Source of the DNA: an uncultured Verrucomicrobiae bacterium | GTDB lineage: Bacteria; Verrucomicrobiota; Verrucomicrobiia; Chthoniobacterales; Terrimicrobiaceae | Direction: 5' to 3' | Assembly (NCBI GenBank): GCA_963706955.1 | Contig: CAVPOC010000002.1 | Span: 32,001-96,000, forward strand | Length of the DNA stretch: 64,000 nucleotides | Shown here: positions 39,315 through 49,857 of the stretch, one piece after another | How positions within the stretch are numbered: the stretch's first letter is position 1 | How the letters are laid out: every line of letters starts with the position of its first letter | Translations under genes and position numbers: made by a program | The notes under the pieces: generated by a model | Databases searched by the model: none | What the model was told of the DNA's origin: nothing | Seen by the model: the letters and a program-made list of their open reading frames with translations, nothing else

Positions 39315-40604
39315 TTACGGGATGATTTCTGCTTCGATGAGGTCCGCGTAGGTTTGTCTTCTGCGAACCAGATGCGCGGCCGCGCCTTCGACAAGGATCT
39401 CGGGCAAGAGCGGCCGCGAGTTGTAGGTGGAGGACATCGCGAAGCCGTAGGCGCCCGCGCTCATCAACGCGATGCGATCTCCCTGGGCCAGGGGTGAGAC
39501 TGCGCGGTCCTGCGCAAAGAAGTCGCCGCTTTCACACACAGGTCCGACCACATCCATGATCAGTTGCTCGCCGTTAGGGCGCTCTCGAAGGGGGACAATC
39601 TCATGATAACCTTCGTAGAGGGCGGGGCGGATCAGGTCGTTCATCGCGGCGTCGACAATTGTAAAAGTTTTCGCGGGCGTTTCTTTGACATATTGCACCG
39701 TGCTAAGGAGGACGCCGGCATTGCCGACGAGGAACCGGCCCGGTTCGAAGAGGATTCGCATTCCCAGTGGCTGCAGGATCGGCAGGATGGCGGCGGCATA
39801 GTCTTCTGGGGTGATCCGCTTGGGATGATCTCTTGATTTCCACCATTCCGGATGGCCACTGGCTAGAGCCGGATCATAGACAATTCCTACGCCGCCTCCG
39901 ATACTGAAGAAGTCGATGCCATATTGATCGCGCAACGACCTCGCCAAGGGAACGAGCTTCGCCGCGGCCTCGGCGAAAGGTTGGGAATCGAGAATCTGCG
40001 AGCCGATGTGGGTCTGCAGACCACGCAACTGCAAGTGCGACAACTCCGCTGCGCGCGCGTAAACTTCCGCCGCACGATCAAGCCCGATGCCAAATTTGTT
40101 TCGGCTCTTCCCCGTGGAAATATACTTGTGGGTCTTTGCATCGACGTCCGGATTTACGCGGACCGCGACGGGTGCTTTCTTATCGAGCCGTTCGGCGATC
40201 GCGTTGATGCGTTCGAGCTCAGGCTCGCTTTCCACATTGAAGCAATGAATGCCCGCGCGCAACGCCTCGGCAATCTCCTCTTCGGTCTTTCCAACGCCTG
40301 CGAAAGTACAAAGGTCAGCGCGGCCGCCCGCTTTCAAGACCCGGAAGAGTTCTCCGCCGGAGACAATGTCAAACGCCGCACCCTCGCGAATGAGCAGGCT
40401 TAGGATTGCCAGGTTCGAGCAAGCCTTCACGGCATAGCAGATCATGTGATCCAAGGGCTGCAGCGCAGTGCGGAGCCGGCGGAAGTTGGTCCGGATGGTT
40501 TGGCCCGAATAGACGTAGACTGGCGTCCCGATTTGGTCGGCCAGCTTCTCAAGGTTCACGTCCTCGCAGTGGAGAACCTTGTCGCGGTACGAAAAGGAAT
40601 GCAC
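39315..40604 (-). CDS. lysA: Diaminopimelate decarboxylase
   Basis: YAVKA, HIGSQ, EPGR, GPVCESGD, GAYG. Confidence 0.96.
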   Translation of the reverse strand: MHSFSYRDKVLHCEDVNLEKLADQIGTPVYVYSGQTIRTNFRRLRTALQPLDHMICYAVKACSNLAILSLLIREGAAFDIVSGGELFRVLKAGGRADLCTFAGVGKTEEEIAEALRAGIHCFNVESEPELERINAIAERLDKKAPVAVRVNPDVDAKTHKYISTGKSRNKFGIGLDRAAEVYARAAELSHLQLRGLQTHIGSQILDSQPFAEAAAKLVPLARSLRDQYGIDFFSIGGGVGIVYDPALASGHPEWWKSRDHPKRITPEDYAAAILPILQPLGMRILFEPGRFLVGNAGVLLSTVQYVKETPAKTFTIVDAAMNDLIRPALYEGYHEIVPLRERPNGEQLIMDVVGPVCESGDFFAQDRAVSPLAQGDRIALMSAGAYGFAMSSTYNSRPLLPEILVEGAAAHLVRRRQTYADLIEAEIIP

Positions 40605-40691
40605 TGGACTTAGAGAATGCGAGCGCGCAGATCGCCTGTCAATCGAAGCGCCCCGGTGAGAGGTGCGGCGCTAGTGCTCCGGCTCAGACGA

Positions 40692-41657
40692 TCATTCGTC
40701 CATCCAACTGCAGTAGGTCTCGGTAATAGCCGTGGCAATATCGATGAGATGGACCTGCGTCTGGTCCAGGAATTGATGCAAGCCGGCTTCGAAGATAGCG
40801 CCGATGGTCGTGTAGTTCAGGTTCGAGCGCAGCATTCCGCAAAGACGCTCGGCTTCATTGCTGAAATAGCCTGCCTCACAACCGGAAATGCTATGCAGGG
40901 CATTGTTGAGCTGGTTGGCGCAAAAGCGTATCGAACGCGGAAACTCTCCATGCAGGATTAGGAACTCTGCGACTTGCCAACTGGAGACCTCGCCGACATT
41001 CGTCTTCAGATAGGCCTCGAGCGCACTGCACGATCGCAAAACCGCCATCCACTGGGTGATGTCCACATGGCCGCCGACCTGTTCTCCGCTCGGAAGCAAA
41101 ATATGATATTTGATGTCGAGCACGCGGGAGGTTGAGTCTGCCCGCTCGACATACTTGCCGAGCTGAAGGAAATCCCAGCCTTCGCCGTGGATCATCGTCG
41201 CATCGGAAGTTCCTTGAAAGGCATGCAACTTGTCGACGAGACCGCGATAAAAATCGATCGGGCTGTCTTGAAAGTCCGCTCGGGCCATGCCGTCGCGCAA
41301 ATAGAGAAAGGTGCGGTTGAGTTGCTCCCACATCTCGCTCGAAATCTGTTCACGAACGGTGCGGGCGTTTTCTCGGGCCCCCGCGATACAGGAGATGATG
41401 GCGTTGGGGTTCTTTTTCTCGAAGGTCACAAATTCCATCACCGAATCCGGCGTGATCTTCTCATGGTGGTTGCTGAAGAGCTCCTGATCCTCGAGAGTAG
41501 CAAGCACCGGCTGCCAGTGCTGAGGGAGCATGTTGGGATTTTGATCCTCGAAATCGAGCATCAGCTGCATGTTGACATCGAGGATTCGTGCATTGGTCTC
41601 TGCGCGCTCAATATAGCGGCTCAGCCAAAAACAGGAGTCGGCAACCCTCGCAAGCAT
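40692..41657 (-). CDS. Alpha-E domain protein (DUF403-type)
   Basis: MLARVADSCFWLSRYIERAE, ARENARTVR, ERAD, FPRS. Confidence 0.92.
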   Translation of the reverse strand: MLARVADSCFWLSRYIERAETNARILDVNMQLMLDFEDQNPNMLPQHWQPVLATLEDQELFSNHHEKITPDSVMEFVTFEKKNPNAIISCIAGARENARTVREQISSEMWEQLNRTFLYLRDGMARADFQDSPIDFYRGLVDKLHAFQGTSDATMIHGEGWDFLQLGKYVERADSTSRVLDIKYHILLPSGEQVGGHVDITQWMAVLRSCSALEAYLKTNVGEVSSWQVAEFLILHGEFPRSIRFCANQLNNALHSISGCEAGYFSNEAERLCGMLRSNLNYTTIGAIFEAGLHQFLDQTQVHLIDIATAITETYCSWMDE

Positions 41658-41658
41658 C

Positions 41659-43206
41659 CTATTGGACTTGGGACTGCGACTGCGATTGGCGCTGCGCCTG
41701 TGCTTGGCCCTGCGACTGAGATTGACTCTGCGACTGCGATGGAGAGGCGAGCTCCGGCTCGCCGTTCTCATCGAGGACCCAGGTATCTTTGCTGCCCCCG
41801 CCCTGGCTGGAATTGACCACCAGCGAGCCTTTGCGCAGGGCCACCCGCGTAAGGCCGCCCGGAATGATGCTCGTCTTTTCGCCGCAGAGAATATACGGGC
41901 GCAGGTCGATGTGTCGACCCTCGGCAGTCCCTTCGCAATAGGAGGGAGAGCGGGACAAGAGCACGACCGGCTGCGCGATGTATCCTCGCGGGTCCGCCAG
42001 AATCGCCGCCCGGAATTCCTCAAGCTCCTCTTTGGTGGCGTGAGGGCCAATGATCATTCCGTAGCCGCCACTTTCGTTGGCCGCTTTCACCACCAGCTTG
42101 TCCAAATTTTCCAAGATGAACGTCCGGTCCGTCTCATCGGTGGTGAGATAGGTCTCTACGTTTGGAAGGATCGGTTCCTCCCCGAGGTAAAATTTGATCA
42201 TCTTGGGGACGTAATAGTAGGTGACCTTGTCGTCGGCCACGCCAGTGCCGATCGCATTCGCCAGGTTTACGTTTCCCTTGCGATACGCTTCGATGATGCC
42301 CGGAACGCCAAGGACAGAGTCCTTCCGAAAGACGGTGGGATCGATGAAATCATCGTCGATTCGGCGGTAAATAACGTCAACCTGCCGAAGTCCCTTGGTG
42401 GTCTTCATGAAAACTCGTGAATCCTTCACGACCAAGTCACTCCCGGTAACGATTTCGATCCCCATCGAACGCGCGAGAAACGAGTGCTCGAAATAGGCGG
42501 AATTATAGATGCCGGGACTAAGAACCACCACGGTGGGCTCCGGGTCTTCGTGGGGGGCCACGTAGCGCAAGACGCCGAGCAAGTCTTGAGCATAGCGGTC
42601 CACAGGGCGCACCTGATAGCGCGCGAAGAGCTTTGGAAAGACGCGCTTCATCGCCTGGCGATTCTCCAAGACGTAAGACACGCCCGAGGGGCATCGACTG
42701 TTGTCTTCGAGAACTGTGTAGACGCCATTCCGATCCCGAATCAGGTCCGTTCCGCAAATATGGATGTAGATCTTTTTCGGAACATCGAAGCCCATGAACT
42801 CCGGCCGAAAATGCTTGGCGCCTCGGACAATCTCCTCAGGAATGATCTTCTCCTTGATGATACGCTGGCCGTGATAAACGTCGTGCAGGAATAGGTTGAG
42901 AGCAGTTAGCCGCTGAATCAGCCCGCGCTCAATGTGCTCCCATTCGTTCGCCGGAATAATCCGGGGAATGAGATCGAAGGGAAAGATACGCTCGGTCCCT
43001 TCATCGCCACTGTAGACGGTGAAGGTGATCCCTTGGTTGAGATAAGACTTCTCGGCGAGGAGCCGCTTGCGATCGAACTCTCCGTCGGCCATTTCCGAAA
43101 AGCGGCGCGCGAGGCGTTGATAATGGGGACGCACAACTCCCGGCGCCGAAAACATCTCGTCAAAAAAATTGCCGATCTCGTATTCCTTGAACAACCTGTT
43201 CATCAC
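41659..43206 (-). CDS. Circularly permuted type 2 ATP-grasp protein with Ser/Gln-rich tail
   Basis: [49 protein letters not shown]. Confidence 0.93.
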   Translation of the reverse strand: MMNRLFKEYEIGNFFDEMFSAPGVVRPHYQRLARRFSEMADGEFDRKRLLAEKSYLNQGITFTVYSGDEGTERIFPFDLIPRIIPANEWEHIERGLIQRLTALNLFLHDVYHGQRIIKEKIIPEEIVRGAKHFRPEFMGFDVPKKIYIHICGTDLIRDRNGVYTVLEDNSRCPSGVSYVLENRQAMKRVFPKLFARYQVRPVDRYAQDLLGVLRYVAPHEDPEPTVVVLSPGIYNSAYFEHSFLARSMGIEIVTGSDLVVKDSRVFMKTTKGLRQVDVIYRRIDDDFIDPTVFRKDSVLGVPGIIEAYRKGNVNLANAIGTGVADDKVTYYYVPKMIKFYLGEEPILPNVETYLTTDETDRTFILENLDKLVVKAANESGGYGMIIGPHATKEELEEFRAAILADPRGYIAQPVVLLSRSPSYCEGTAEGRHIDLRPYILCGEKTSIIPGGLTRVALRKGSLVVNSSQGGGSKDTWVLDENGEPELASPSQSQSQSQSQGQAQAQRQSQSQSQVQ

Positions 43207-43258
43207 GTCTCCCTCCCCAATACGCTGCGCAGGTTCTGTCTGCCGCAGGCCAATAGCA

Positions 43259-43792
43259 TCACGCAGCTATTCGTTGCGCAACCTCAAAATCCGGAGCCCA
43301 GCGGCTTCCCGTCCCTCCAAACTTCGAATAGAGGAACCGGGCAGCGGTCGATTTTTCCCGGCTGATTCCGTAGGCTTGGGAGAGGCCTGCCTCACGCAAA
43401 GCGACCAGCGAGGTCCTGAAGAGAACCGTCCCAAGTCCCCGCCCACGATATTCCTGAAGAACACAAGGACCGGTCGACAGGTGATTCTCGACGCCCTCGC
43501 GCGAGTTCACGACCGAGGCAGCGATGATTCGATGGCCATGCTGGATAATCATGCAATCCGGCGGATCCGACGCAAAACCTGCGTGAACATTTCTAACGAT
43601 GACCGCGCCAAACATTCTTTGGATGTCACTCCAGCCGGTATCCATGCTGAATGCGTTGGAGACGACCGTTTCGACGGCGTCGCGCTCGTCTTTGTCGGCC
43701 CCGCGCAGCATGAAAGGCGGCGGGACATTGCTTTCTTCAGCTGGAAGCGTCCTCAAGTCCCATTCGAATCGCAGCCAGCCGAGCGTGGTCAC
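43259..43792 (-). CDS. GNAT-family acetyltransferase
   Basis: Motif [22 protein letters not shown] start inferred. Confidence 0.8.
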   Translation of the reverse strand: MTTLGWLRFEWDLRTLPAEESNVPPPFMLRGADKDERDAVETVVSNAFSMDTGWSDIQRMFGAVIVRNVHAGFASDPPDCMIIQHGHRIIAASVVNSREGVENHLSTGPCVLQEYRGRGLGTVLFRTSLVALREAGLSQAYGISREKSTAARFLYSKFGGTGSRWAPDFEVAQRIAA

Positions 43793-43806
43793 CGAGGGAT
43801 GATTAG

Positions 43807-43896
43807 TTAGGGAGCATCCGAGTCGTTTTGGCAGGCCCACCAGATTCCGCCGATGAGAGCGCCGCACAACACGACGAAGGCGGTAAGAGTGAACAT
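43807..43896 (-). CDS. 29-aa single-TM small protein (not in ORF track)
   Basis: MFTLTAFVVLCGALIGGIWWACQNDSDAP*, filling the gap between co-oriented genes. Confidence 0.5.
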   Translation of the reverse strand: MFTLTAFVVLCGALIGGIWWACQNDSDAP

Positions 43897-43957
43897 GAGA
43901 ACCGCGGGAGAATGTTCGATTCGCACCGCAAGTCAACAGAATTTCCTCGGTTGCAAA

Positions 43958-44407
43958 TCACGCCGGCTCAATTCCAAAAAAATCGCGGAACACACTCACG
44001 TAAACTTCACGCTTCATCGGTCCAATCCAATCGAGGTCGAAGGACGCCGGTGGGAGCCACCGAGCTGCCCGAAACTCGTCAGAGCCTTCGAGGCGGATGA
44101 CCGCCTCGGGAGTGGTGAGCTCGGCGAGGAAATAGTGCTGTTCCTGGCCGTCGTATCCGTTCTTCTTCCGACCATTCAAAAAAAGGTACCGATAGGGACC
44201 TTTGCTTGAAACAACGCGATAATCTTTCGGCTTGAGACCGAGCTCCTCCTCGACCTCACGCACCAATGCGTTCAGCAAAGTTTCGCCCTTCTTCACGCCT
44301 CCTTGCGGGAACTGCCAACAGCCCGAGACATCGCTGCGCTCGCAAAGCAGAATCTCGCCCCGGCAATTTCGCAAAATAATTGCGGCATTCGGCCGGTATG
44401 AGGGCAT
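43958..44407 (-). CDS. Nudix hydrolase, RppH-like
   Basis: YRPN, WQFPQGG..REVEEELG, GQEQHYF. Confidence 0.88.
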   Translation of the reverse strand: MPSYRPNAAIILRNCRGEILLCERSDVSGCWQFPQGGVKKGETLLNALVREVEEELGLKPKDYRVVSSKGPYRYLFLNGRKKNGYDGQEQHYFLAELTTPEAVIRLEGSDEFRAARWLPPASFDLDWIGPMKREVYVSVFRDFFGIEPA

Positions 44408-44836
44408 ATTGCTTTATGCAGCAGAAGTCATGCGCTCCGCCAGCGCAGTTTTGCGGATTTTGCAAGCCGCGGCCAGCTGCTCGTGACCTCGTGCGTCCTC
44501 TTCTCGAGGCAAAACGGCGTCGTTGAACGTGCCTACGTTTCTTGATGCTTCTGACACCCTCCGTCTCGACGTCAGCCCGAATGCCTGGGAATCTGGATTA
44601 CGAGCATTCTCCTGATCGCCTTGCCGGTTCCGTGAACTGATATGAACGCTTTGCCACGAGCTCTCTTCTTCGTGTGGTGCGCATCCATCTGCCGGCACAG
44701 GGTCGGAGAACTGCTCGCCGCCGACATCCGTAGCGGCGGCGCCAGCGGGCCGCGGCCGAACGCAGCAGAGCGATTATTCAAGCCTTGAAAGATGGCGTGA
44801 ACTCTCCATTTTCCCGCTGTCTTCCATCGACCAAGC

Positions 44837-46279
44837 GTGCGACAGAAAATTAAACCCACCCACGAGTGCGGCGTCTTCGCCATCTTCGGCCATCCGGAGG
44901 CTGCCAGCATCACCTATTACGGTCTGTTTGCCTTGCAGCACCGCGGGCAGGAGAGTGCGGGTATAGTTTCCGCGAAAGGGACGGAGAGTCCCTTCACCGT
45001 CCATAAGGGAATGGGCTTGGTCTCGCAGGTCTTTTCGCCGGACACCTTGGAACGACTCTCCGGCACCCGGGCGATCGGCCATGTGCGTTATTCGACGACG
45101 GGCTCAAGCACAATCAAGAACGCTCAACCTTTCGTGGTGGATACTGGCCGTGGCCAGATCGCGGTCGGTCACAATGGCAACCTCGTCAATGCGGCACAGC
45201 TTCGTGAAGAACTGGAAGCCAAGGGCTCGATATTCCAAACCACTGTCGACAGCGAGATTATCCTCCACTTGCTCGCGCAACCGCGCGGTTCGGGCGGCGT
45301 CCTTTCCGCGCTGCGGCGTATCGAAGGCGCCTTCTCGATCGTGTTGATGGGCGAGCGCGAGATCCTTGGCTTTCGAGATCCTCACGGTTTCCGGCCGCTC
45401 TGCATCGGACGCAAGGACGGCGCCTATGTTCTTTCCTCGGAGAGCTGCGCACTGGACCTCATTCAAGCTGAATATATCCGCGAAGTTGAACCCGGCGAGG
45501 TCGTGATCATTGACAACTCGGGCATTCGTTCGGAATGGCCGTTCCCCTCCACACGAAAGGCGTTTTGCATTTTCGAGTACGTCTATTTCGCTCGCCCCGA
45601 TAGCACGATTGCCGGCATAAACGTCAGTAAGGCAAGAGTTGAGATGGGCCGCGAGCTCGCGCGCCAGCATCCCGTCGAAGCGGATCTCGTCATCCCTGTG
45701 CCGGACTCTGGCGTCTATGCAGCCCTTGGCTATTCCGAAGAACTCGGCATTCCCTATTTTCCGGCATTCGTCCGCAATCACTATATCGGCCGCACCTTCA
45801 TCCAGCCAACCCAACGAATTCGCGACTTCAATGTGCGGGTAAAATTGAATCTCATCCTGGACGCGGTGAAGGGCAAACGGGTGGTGGTGGTAGATGACTC
45901 GATCGTGCGCGGCACGACCGCGCGCTCGCGAGTAGTTACGCTCCGAGAGGCCGGTGCGAAAGAGGTTCACATGCGCATTAGCTGTCCGCCGCACAAGTTT
46001 GCCTGTTATTACGGGATCGACTTCCCCGATCCGGAAAAGCTGCTCGCCAATCAGTGCACGCTCGACGAGATCCGAAACTATCTCGGCGCTGACTCGATCG
46101 GCTATCTTGACCTGAAAGGGATGATCACGGCCACAGGTCAATCAGAGAACACGTTTTGCACCGCGTGCTTCAGTGGCAATTACCCGGTCCCCTACGACGC
46201 GGCGTTCGACAAATTTATCATGGAGAAACGGCTTGGCCGAATCCAGCTGCTCGAAAAGGAGCAGGCGCGCTTGCTATGA
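44837..46279 (+). CDS. purF: Amidophosphoribosyltransferase
   Basis: ECGVF, LQHRGQESAG, GHVRYST, VDDSIVRGTT. Confidence 0.97.
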   Translation: MRQKIKPTHECGVFAIFGHPEAASITYYGLFALQHRGQESAGIVSAKGTESPFTVHKGMGLVSQVFSPDTLERLSGTRAIGHVRYSTTGSSTIKNAQPFVVDTGRGQIAVGHNGNLVNAAQLREELEAKGSIFQTTVDSEIILHLLAQPRGSGGVLSALRRIEGAFSIVLMGEREILGFRDPHGFRPLCIGRKDGAYVLSSESCALDLIQAEYIREVEPGEVVIIDNSGIRSEWPFPSTRKAFCIFEYVYFARPDSTIAGINVSKARVEMGRELARQHPVEADLVIPVPDSGVYAALGYSEELGIPYFPAFVRNHYIGRTFIQPTQRIRDFNVRVKLNLILDAVKGKRVVVVDDSIVRGTTARSRVVTLREAGAKEVHMRISCPPHKFACYYGIDFPDPEKLLANQCTLDEIRNYLGADSIGYLDLKGMITATGQSENTFCTACFSGNYPVPYDAAFDKFIMEKRLGRIQLLEKEQARLL

Positions 46280-47298
46280 AAACCAGTCCGCTAAAGGCCT
46301 ACGCTCAAGCCGGTGTGGACGTCGATTTTGGCAACACGCTCAAGCGCGGGATCCAATCGATTGTCCGCGCCACCCACGGACCGGAGGTGCTCGGCAAGAT
46401 CGGCGGATTTGGGGGACTCTTCCGAGCGGATTTCAAAGGAATGAAGGCGCCGGTGCTGGTGTCCAGTGTTGATGGTGTTGGCACGAAACTGAAAGTGGCT
46501 CTTGCCGTCGGACGTCACGACACCATCGGTCAGGATCTCGTCAACCACTGCATCAACGATATCGCCGTGCTTGGCGCGCGACCGTTGTTCTTTCTCGACT
46601 ACATCGCCGCGGGCCAGCTCGAGACGAAGGTCTTCCGGCAGCTCCTCCGCGGCTTGGCGAAGGCGTGCAAGGCGGCACACTGCGCGCTCATCGGTGGTGA
46701 GACCGCGCAAATGCCAGGCATGTATCGACCAGGCGAATACGACATCGCCGGGACGATTGTCGGAGTGGTGGACCGCCCGAAAATGCTCGATGGTTCGCGC
46801 GTTCGGCCGGGCGACACCTTGGTCGGTCTTCTTTCGGACGGATTGCAGACCAACGGCTTTTCCCTCGCGCGAGCGGTCCTCTTCGAGAGTATGGGCCTGA
46901 AGACCACTTCGCGCCTCCCTGAACTTCGCCTTACCCTCGGGGATGAGTTACTGCGCGTGCACAAGAACTATCAACCGGCGCTAGCCTCGATCAGACCTGG
47001 GACGGTCCACGGCGCGGCCCACATTACTGGAGGAGGGCTCGTGGACAATTTACCCCGCGTGCTGCCCTCGAACTGTCAGGCAAATATTCGCCGGGGTTCC
47101 TGGCGAATCCCACCGATCTTTCAAATCATCCAACGTGGTGGGGAGGTCAGCCCGTCGGAAATGTATCAGGTTTTCAACATGGGCATCGGGATGGTCCTGA
47201 TCGTGCCGAAGAAGCACGAGGCGGAGGTCGCGCGCAAGACTGGTGGCCGCATCATTGGGGAGATTGTCGAAGGTCCCCGAATTGTTGCGCTGATATAA
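46276..47298 (+). CDS. purM: Phosphoribosylformylglycinamidine cyclo-ligase
   Basis: YAQAGVD, DGVGTK, GGETAQMP, HITGGG, FNMGIG; ATGA overlap with purF. Confidence 0.96.
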   Translation: MKTSPLKAYAQAGVDVDFGNTLKRGIQSIVRATHGPEVLGKIGGFGGLFRADFKGMKAPVLVSSVDGVGTKLKVALAVGRHDTIGQDLVNHCINDIAVLGARPLFFLDYIAAGQLETKVFRQLLRGLAKACKAAHCALIGGETAQMPGMYRPGEYDIAGTIVGVVDRPKMLDGSRVRPGDTLVGLLSDGLQTNGFSLARAVLFESMGLKTTSRLPELRLTLGDELLRVHKNYQPALASIRPGTVHGAAHITGGGLVDNLPRVLPSNCQANIRRGSWRIPPIFQIIQRGGEVSPSEMYQVFNMGIGMVLIVPKKHEAEVARKTGGRIIGEIVEGPRIVALI

Positions 47299-47528
47299 AG
47301 CTGGCCGCTCACGAGAGGCGCAAATCGAGCCCGCCAACGCCAGCGAAACGTAGCTAAGGCGATCGCTCCGGGCGCTGCACTCTCTCCTGGATCGCGGTCT
47401 CGCGATTGCGCACTCCGGGTCTCTCATTTCGACCGGCATTTCCAGGCCAGAATAACGGGGCTCGAAATTCCTCAATGAAATTGAAGAGTGCTCTATGGAA
47501 GCAATCTTTTTCATGCTATGAGGAGGGC

Positions 47529-48524
47529 GTGTTGAATCTCTGGAAACGTAAGCCGGCGCTAGGAATTGGAATTGGCGTTAGCCTGGTTGGCGCGGTGGCC
47601 CTGGCGGTGCGCTACGGCTTTCGTCGCGCGCCGCGGGAACGCATCCCGGACGATATATCTCCGGCCATCTTCGCGACGCGAGTGACCGAGACAATTTTTG
47701 GGGAGATGATCTACCACATCTCGGGAAGCGGAGATCCCGTAGTGTTTCTGCACGGCATCTATCTCGGGGCCTCTTCCTACGAATGGTCGAAAGTCTACCC
47801 GCACTTTACCTTTGGTCGCGAGGTCATCGTTCCTGATTTGATCGGTTTTGGCGAATCTGAAAGGCCAGGCGTAACGATGGATGCCACAGATTACGCCGAA
47901 AGCCTGGCCGAATTCCTGCGGAATACCTGCGGAGATCGGACACCTATTGTCGTTGCCAGCGGCCTCACTGCCGGGATTGCCCTCCTCCTGGCCTCACGAC
48001 ACCCCGAGCGGGTCAGCAGGCTCATCCTTCTCCTGCCAACGGGACTGAAGGAATCGGGAAAATGGGGGGCTTCTGGCATGGTGGCACTCGTCGGATTGCC
48101 CGGCCTGAACCGCTTCGTTTATCGAAACTATCTTTCCCGAGCGCCGTTCATTAGAGGATGGCTCACCAAGTTTGCGTTGGGCGATCCCTCCCGCCTGAAT
48201 GAGGAAATGGTGCGCGCATTGACGACTTGCGCGCAACAGGTCGGCGCCGAGCATGCCATCTTTGGATTTCTCCGCGGGCGGCTGGCGTTCGACATTGAAT
48301 CGCGCCTGGAGCGGGTCCCGCATCCGGTGAGCATTCTCTGGCCAGAGCGGGCCTCCGGCTTCCCTCTGGCCGCCGGAGAAGAGATCTCGCGAAAGCTCGA
48401 ACGCTCCAGAATGATTCCCGTGCCAGACTGCGGAATTCTGGCGGCTCTGGAAGCGCCAGCCGTGCTGACATCAATCATTGCTGCAGAGCTGGACGGCGAC
48501 TTTCGTCTTGAGGGCGCCGCGTAA
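47529..48524 (+). CDS. Alpha/beta fold hydrolase-like protein with N-terminal membrane anchor
   Basis: FLHGIYLGASSYEW, PDLIGFGES; canonical GxSxG absent; GAGGAGG just upstream. Confidence 0.8.
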   Translation: MLNLWKRKPALGIGIGVSLVGAVALAVRYGFRRAPRERIPDDISPAIFATRVTETIFGEMIYHISGSGDPVVFLHGIYLGASSYEWSKVYPHFTFGREVIVPDLIGFGESERPGVTMDATDYAESLAEFLRNTCGDRTPIVVASGLTAGIALLLASRHPERVSRLILLLPTGLKESGKWGASGMVALVGLPGLNRFVYRNYLSRAPFIRGWLTKFALGDPSRLNEEMVRALTTCAQQVGAEHAIFGFLRGRLAFDIESRLERVPHPVSILWPERASGFPLAAGEEISRKLERSRMIPVPDCGILAALEAPAVLTSIIAAELDGDFRLEGAA

Positions 48525-48554
48525 GTTGCTATCCCGGCAGCTTTCCACATCTAA

Positions 48555-49845
48555 GTGAACGTCTCCGACCTCCGCGAGATCCTCCAATACGTTCCCCGGT
48601 TCCGGGAGCGCGTCTTTGTCATTGCCCTTGATGGGGAGGTGGCTGCTTCGGATAACTTTCCCAACATTCTCCTCGATCTGGCAGTCTTGCGTTCTCTGAG
48701 CGTGAAGGTCGTCCTCGTGCACGGGGCAGGGTTCCAGATCGTCAAGCTCGCGCGCGAGCGCGGAGTCAACCTGACAAACTCGGATGGAACCGGCATCACC
48801 GATGAAGTCACCCTGCAGGTCAGCATCGATGCAGCCATCCGCTTAACGAACCAAATCATGGAAGGCCTCTCCGCCGTCGAACTTGCGCGCCGCCTACATG
48901 AATGCGGTGATCGCCCATCCGGCAGGAATCCTCGGAGGGACCGACCACCAATTTACCGGCCGGGTGGAACGCATTGATGTCAAGGCGTTGCGCCTTTTGC
49001 TTGACGAGGGAATCGTCCCGGTGGTGCCGCCGTTGGGCTTCGATGGCGAAGGCCGAACATATCGGGTGAATTCCGATGCGGCGGCCGTTGAAGTGGGTGA
49101 GGAACTCTCGGCGTCGAAGATCATTTACCTCGCGCCCAGCTCGGCCTTCGCCGGACATTCGGTCCTGCCACGTCAGCTATCGGTCCGCGACACTTTGGAA
49201 TTGGTCAAACGACAGCGCGACGACTTTTCGCAGAGCATTGCCTCGAAGCTGGAATGCGCCGCGCAGGCTTGCATGCAAGGCGTCCCGCGGGTGCATCTGC
49301 TCGATGGTGGAGTCAACGAGGCGCTTCTCACCGAGATCTTCAGCTATGACGGCTTTGGCACGATGGTCTACTCGAACGAATACCAACAAATCCGCCGCAT
49401 CTTTAAGAAGGATGTTCGTTCGGTCATGTCGCTGATCCGCCAATCTGTGCAAAGTGAGGAGCTGGTTCGCCGCACCCGCGCGGAAATCCTCGAACGGCTC
49501 GAAGATTATTGGCTCCTCGAAGTCGACCGCACCCCGGTGGCCTGCGTCGCCTTGCACGTCTATCCCGAGGAGGCTGCGGGTGAGCTCGCTTGCCTCTACG
49601 TCAGCAAGGCGCACGAGAACCAAGGCTATGGTCAGAAACTTATGGCTTTCGCCGAGAACCTTGCCCGCGAGAAAGGTCTCAAGCGAATCGTTGCACTCTC
49701 GACCCAAGCCTTCAGCTATCTGCAGCAAAAAGGCGGGTATGTCGAAGCCGCTCCCGAATCTCTCCCTGCGGAACGTCGCCTCAAGTATGAGGCCAGCGGA
49801 CGTTTTTCGAAAATCCTCTCCAAGCCAGTTACAACGGCCAATTAA
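48555..49845 (+). CDS. argA: N-acetylglutamate synthase (AAK + GNAT), split by one +1 frameshift near 48883
   Basis: LVHGAG, VNSD, GVPRVHLLDG, GFGTMV, GELACLYV, LSTQA; joined length ~429 aa. Confidence 0.85.
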
Positions 49846-49857
49846 GAGAAAAGCGGG

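Noticed and set aside
44410..44836. Purine-related riboswitch or small gene upstream of purF
   Set aside because: No ZTP, purine or PRPP consensus recognised; the 48-aa ORF MNALPRALFF... has no supporting motif. An Rfam cmscan would settle it
48870..48900. Programmed frameshift in argA
   Set aside because: No slippery heptamer; it clusters with three other +1 insertions, which favours sequencing error
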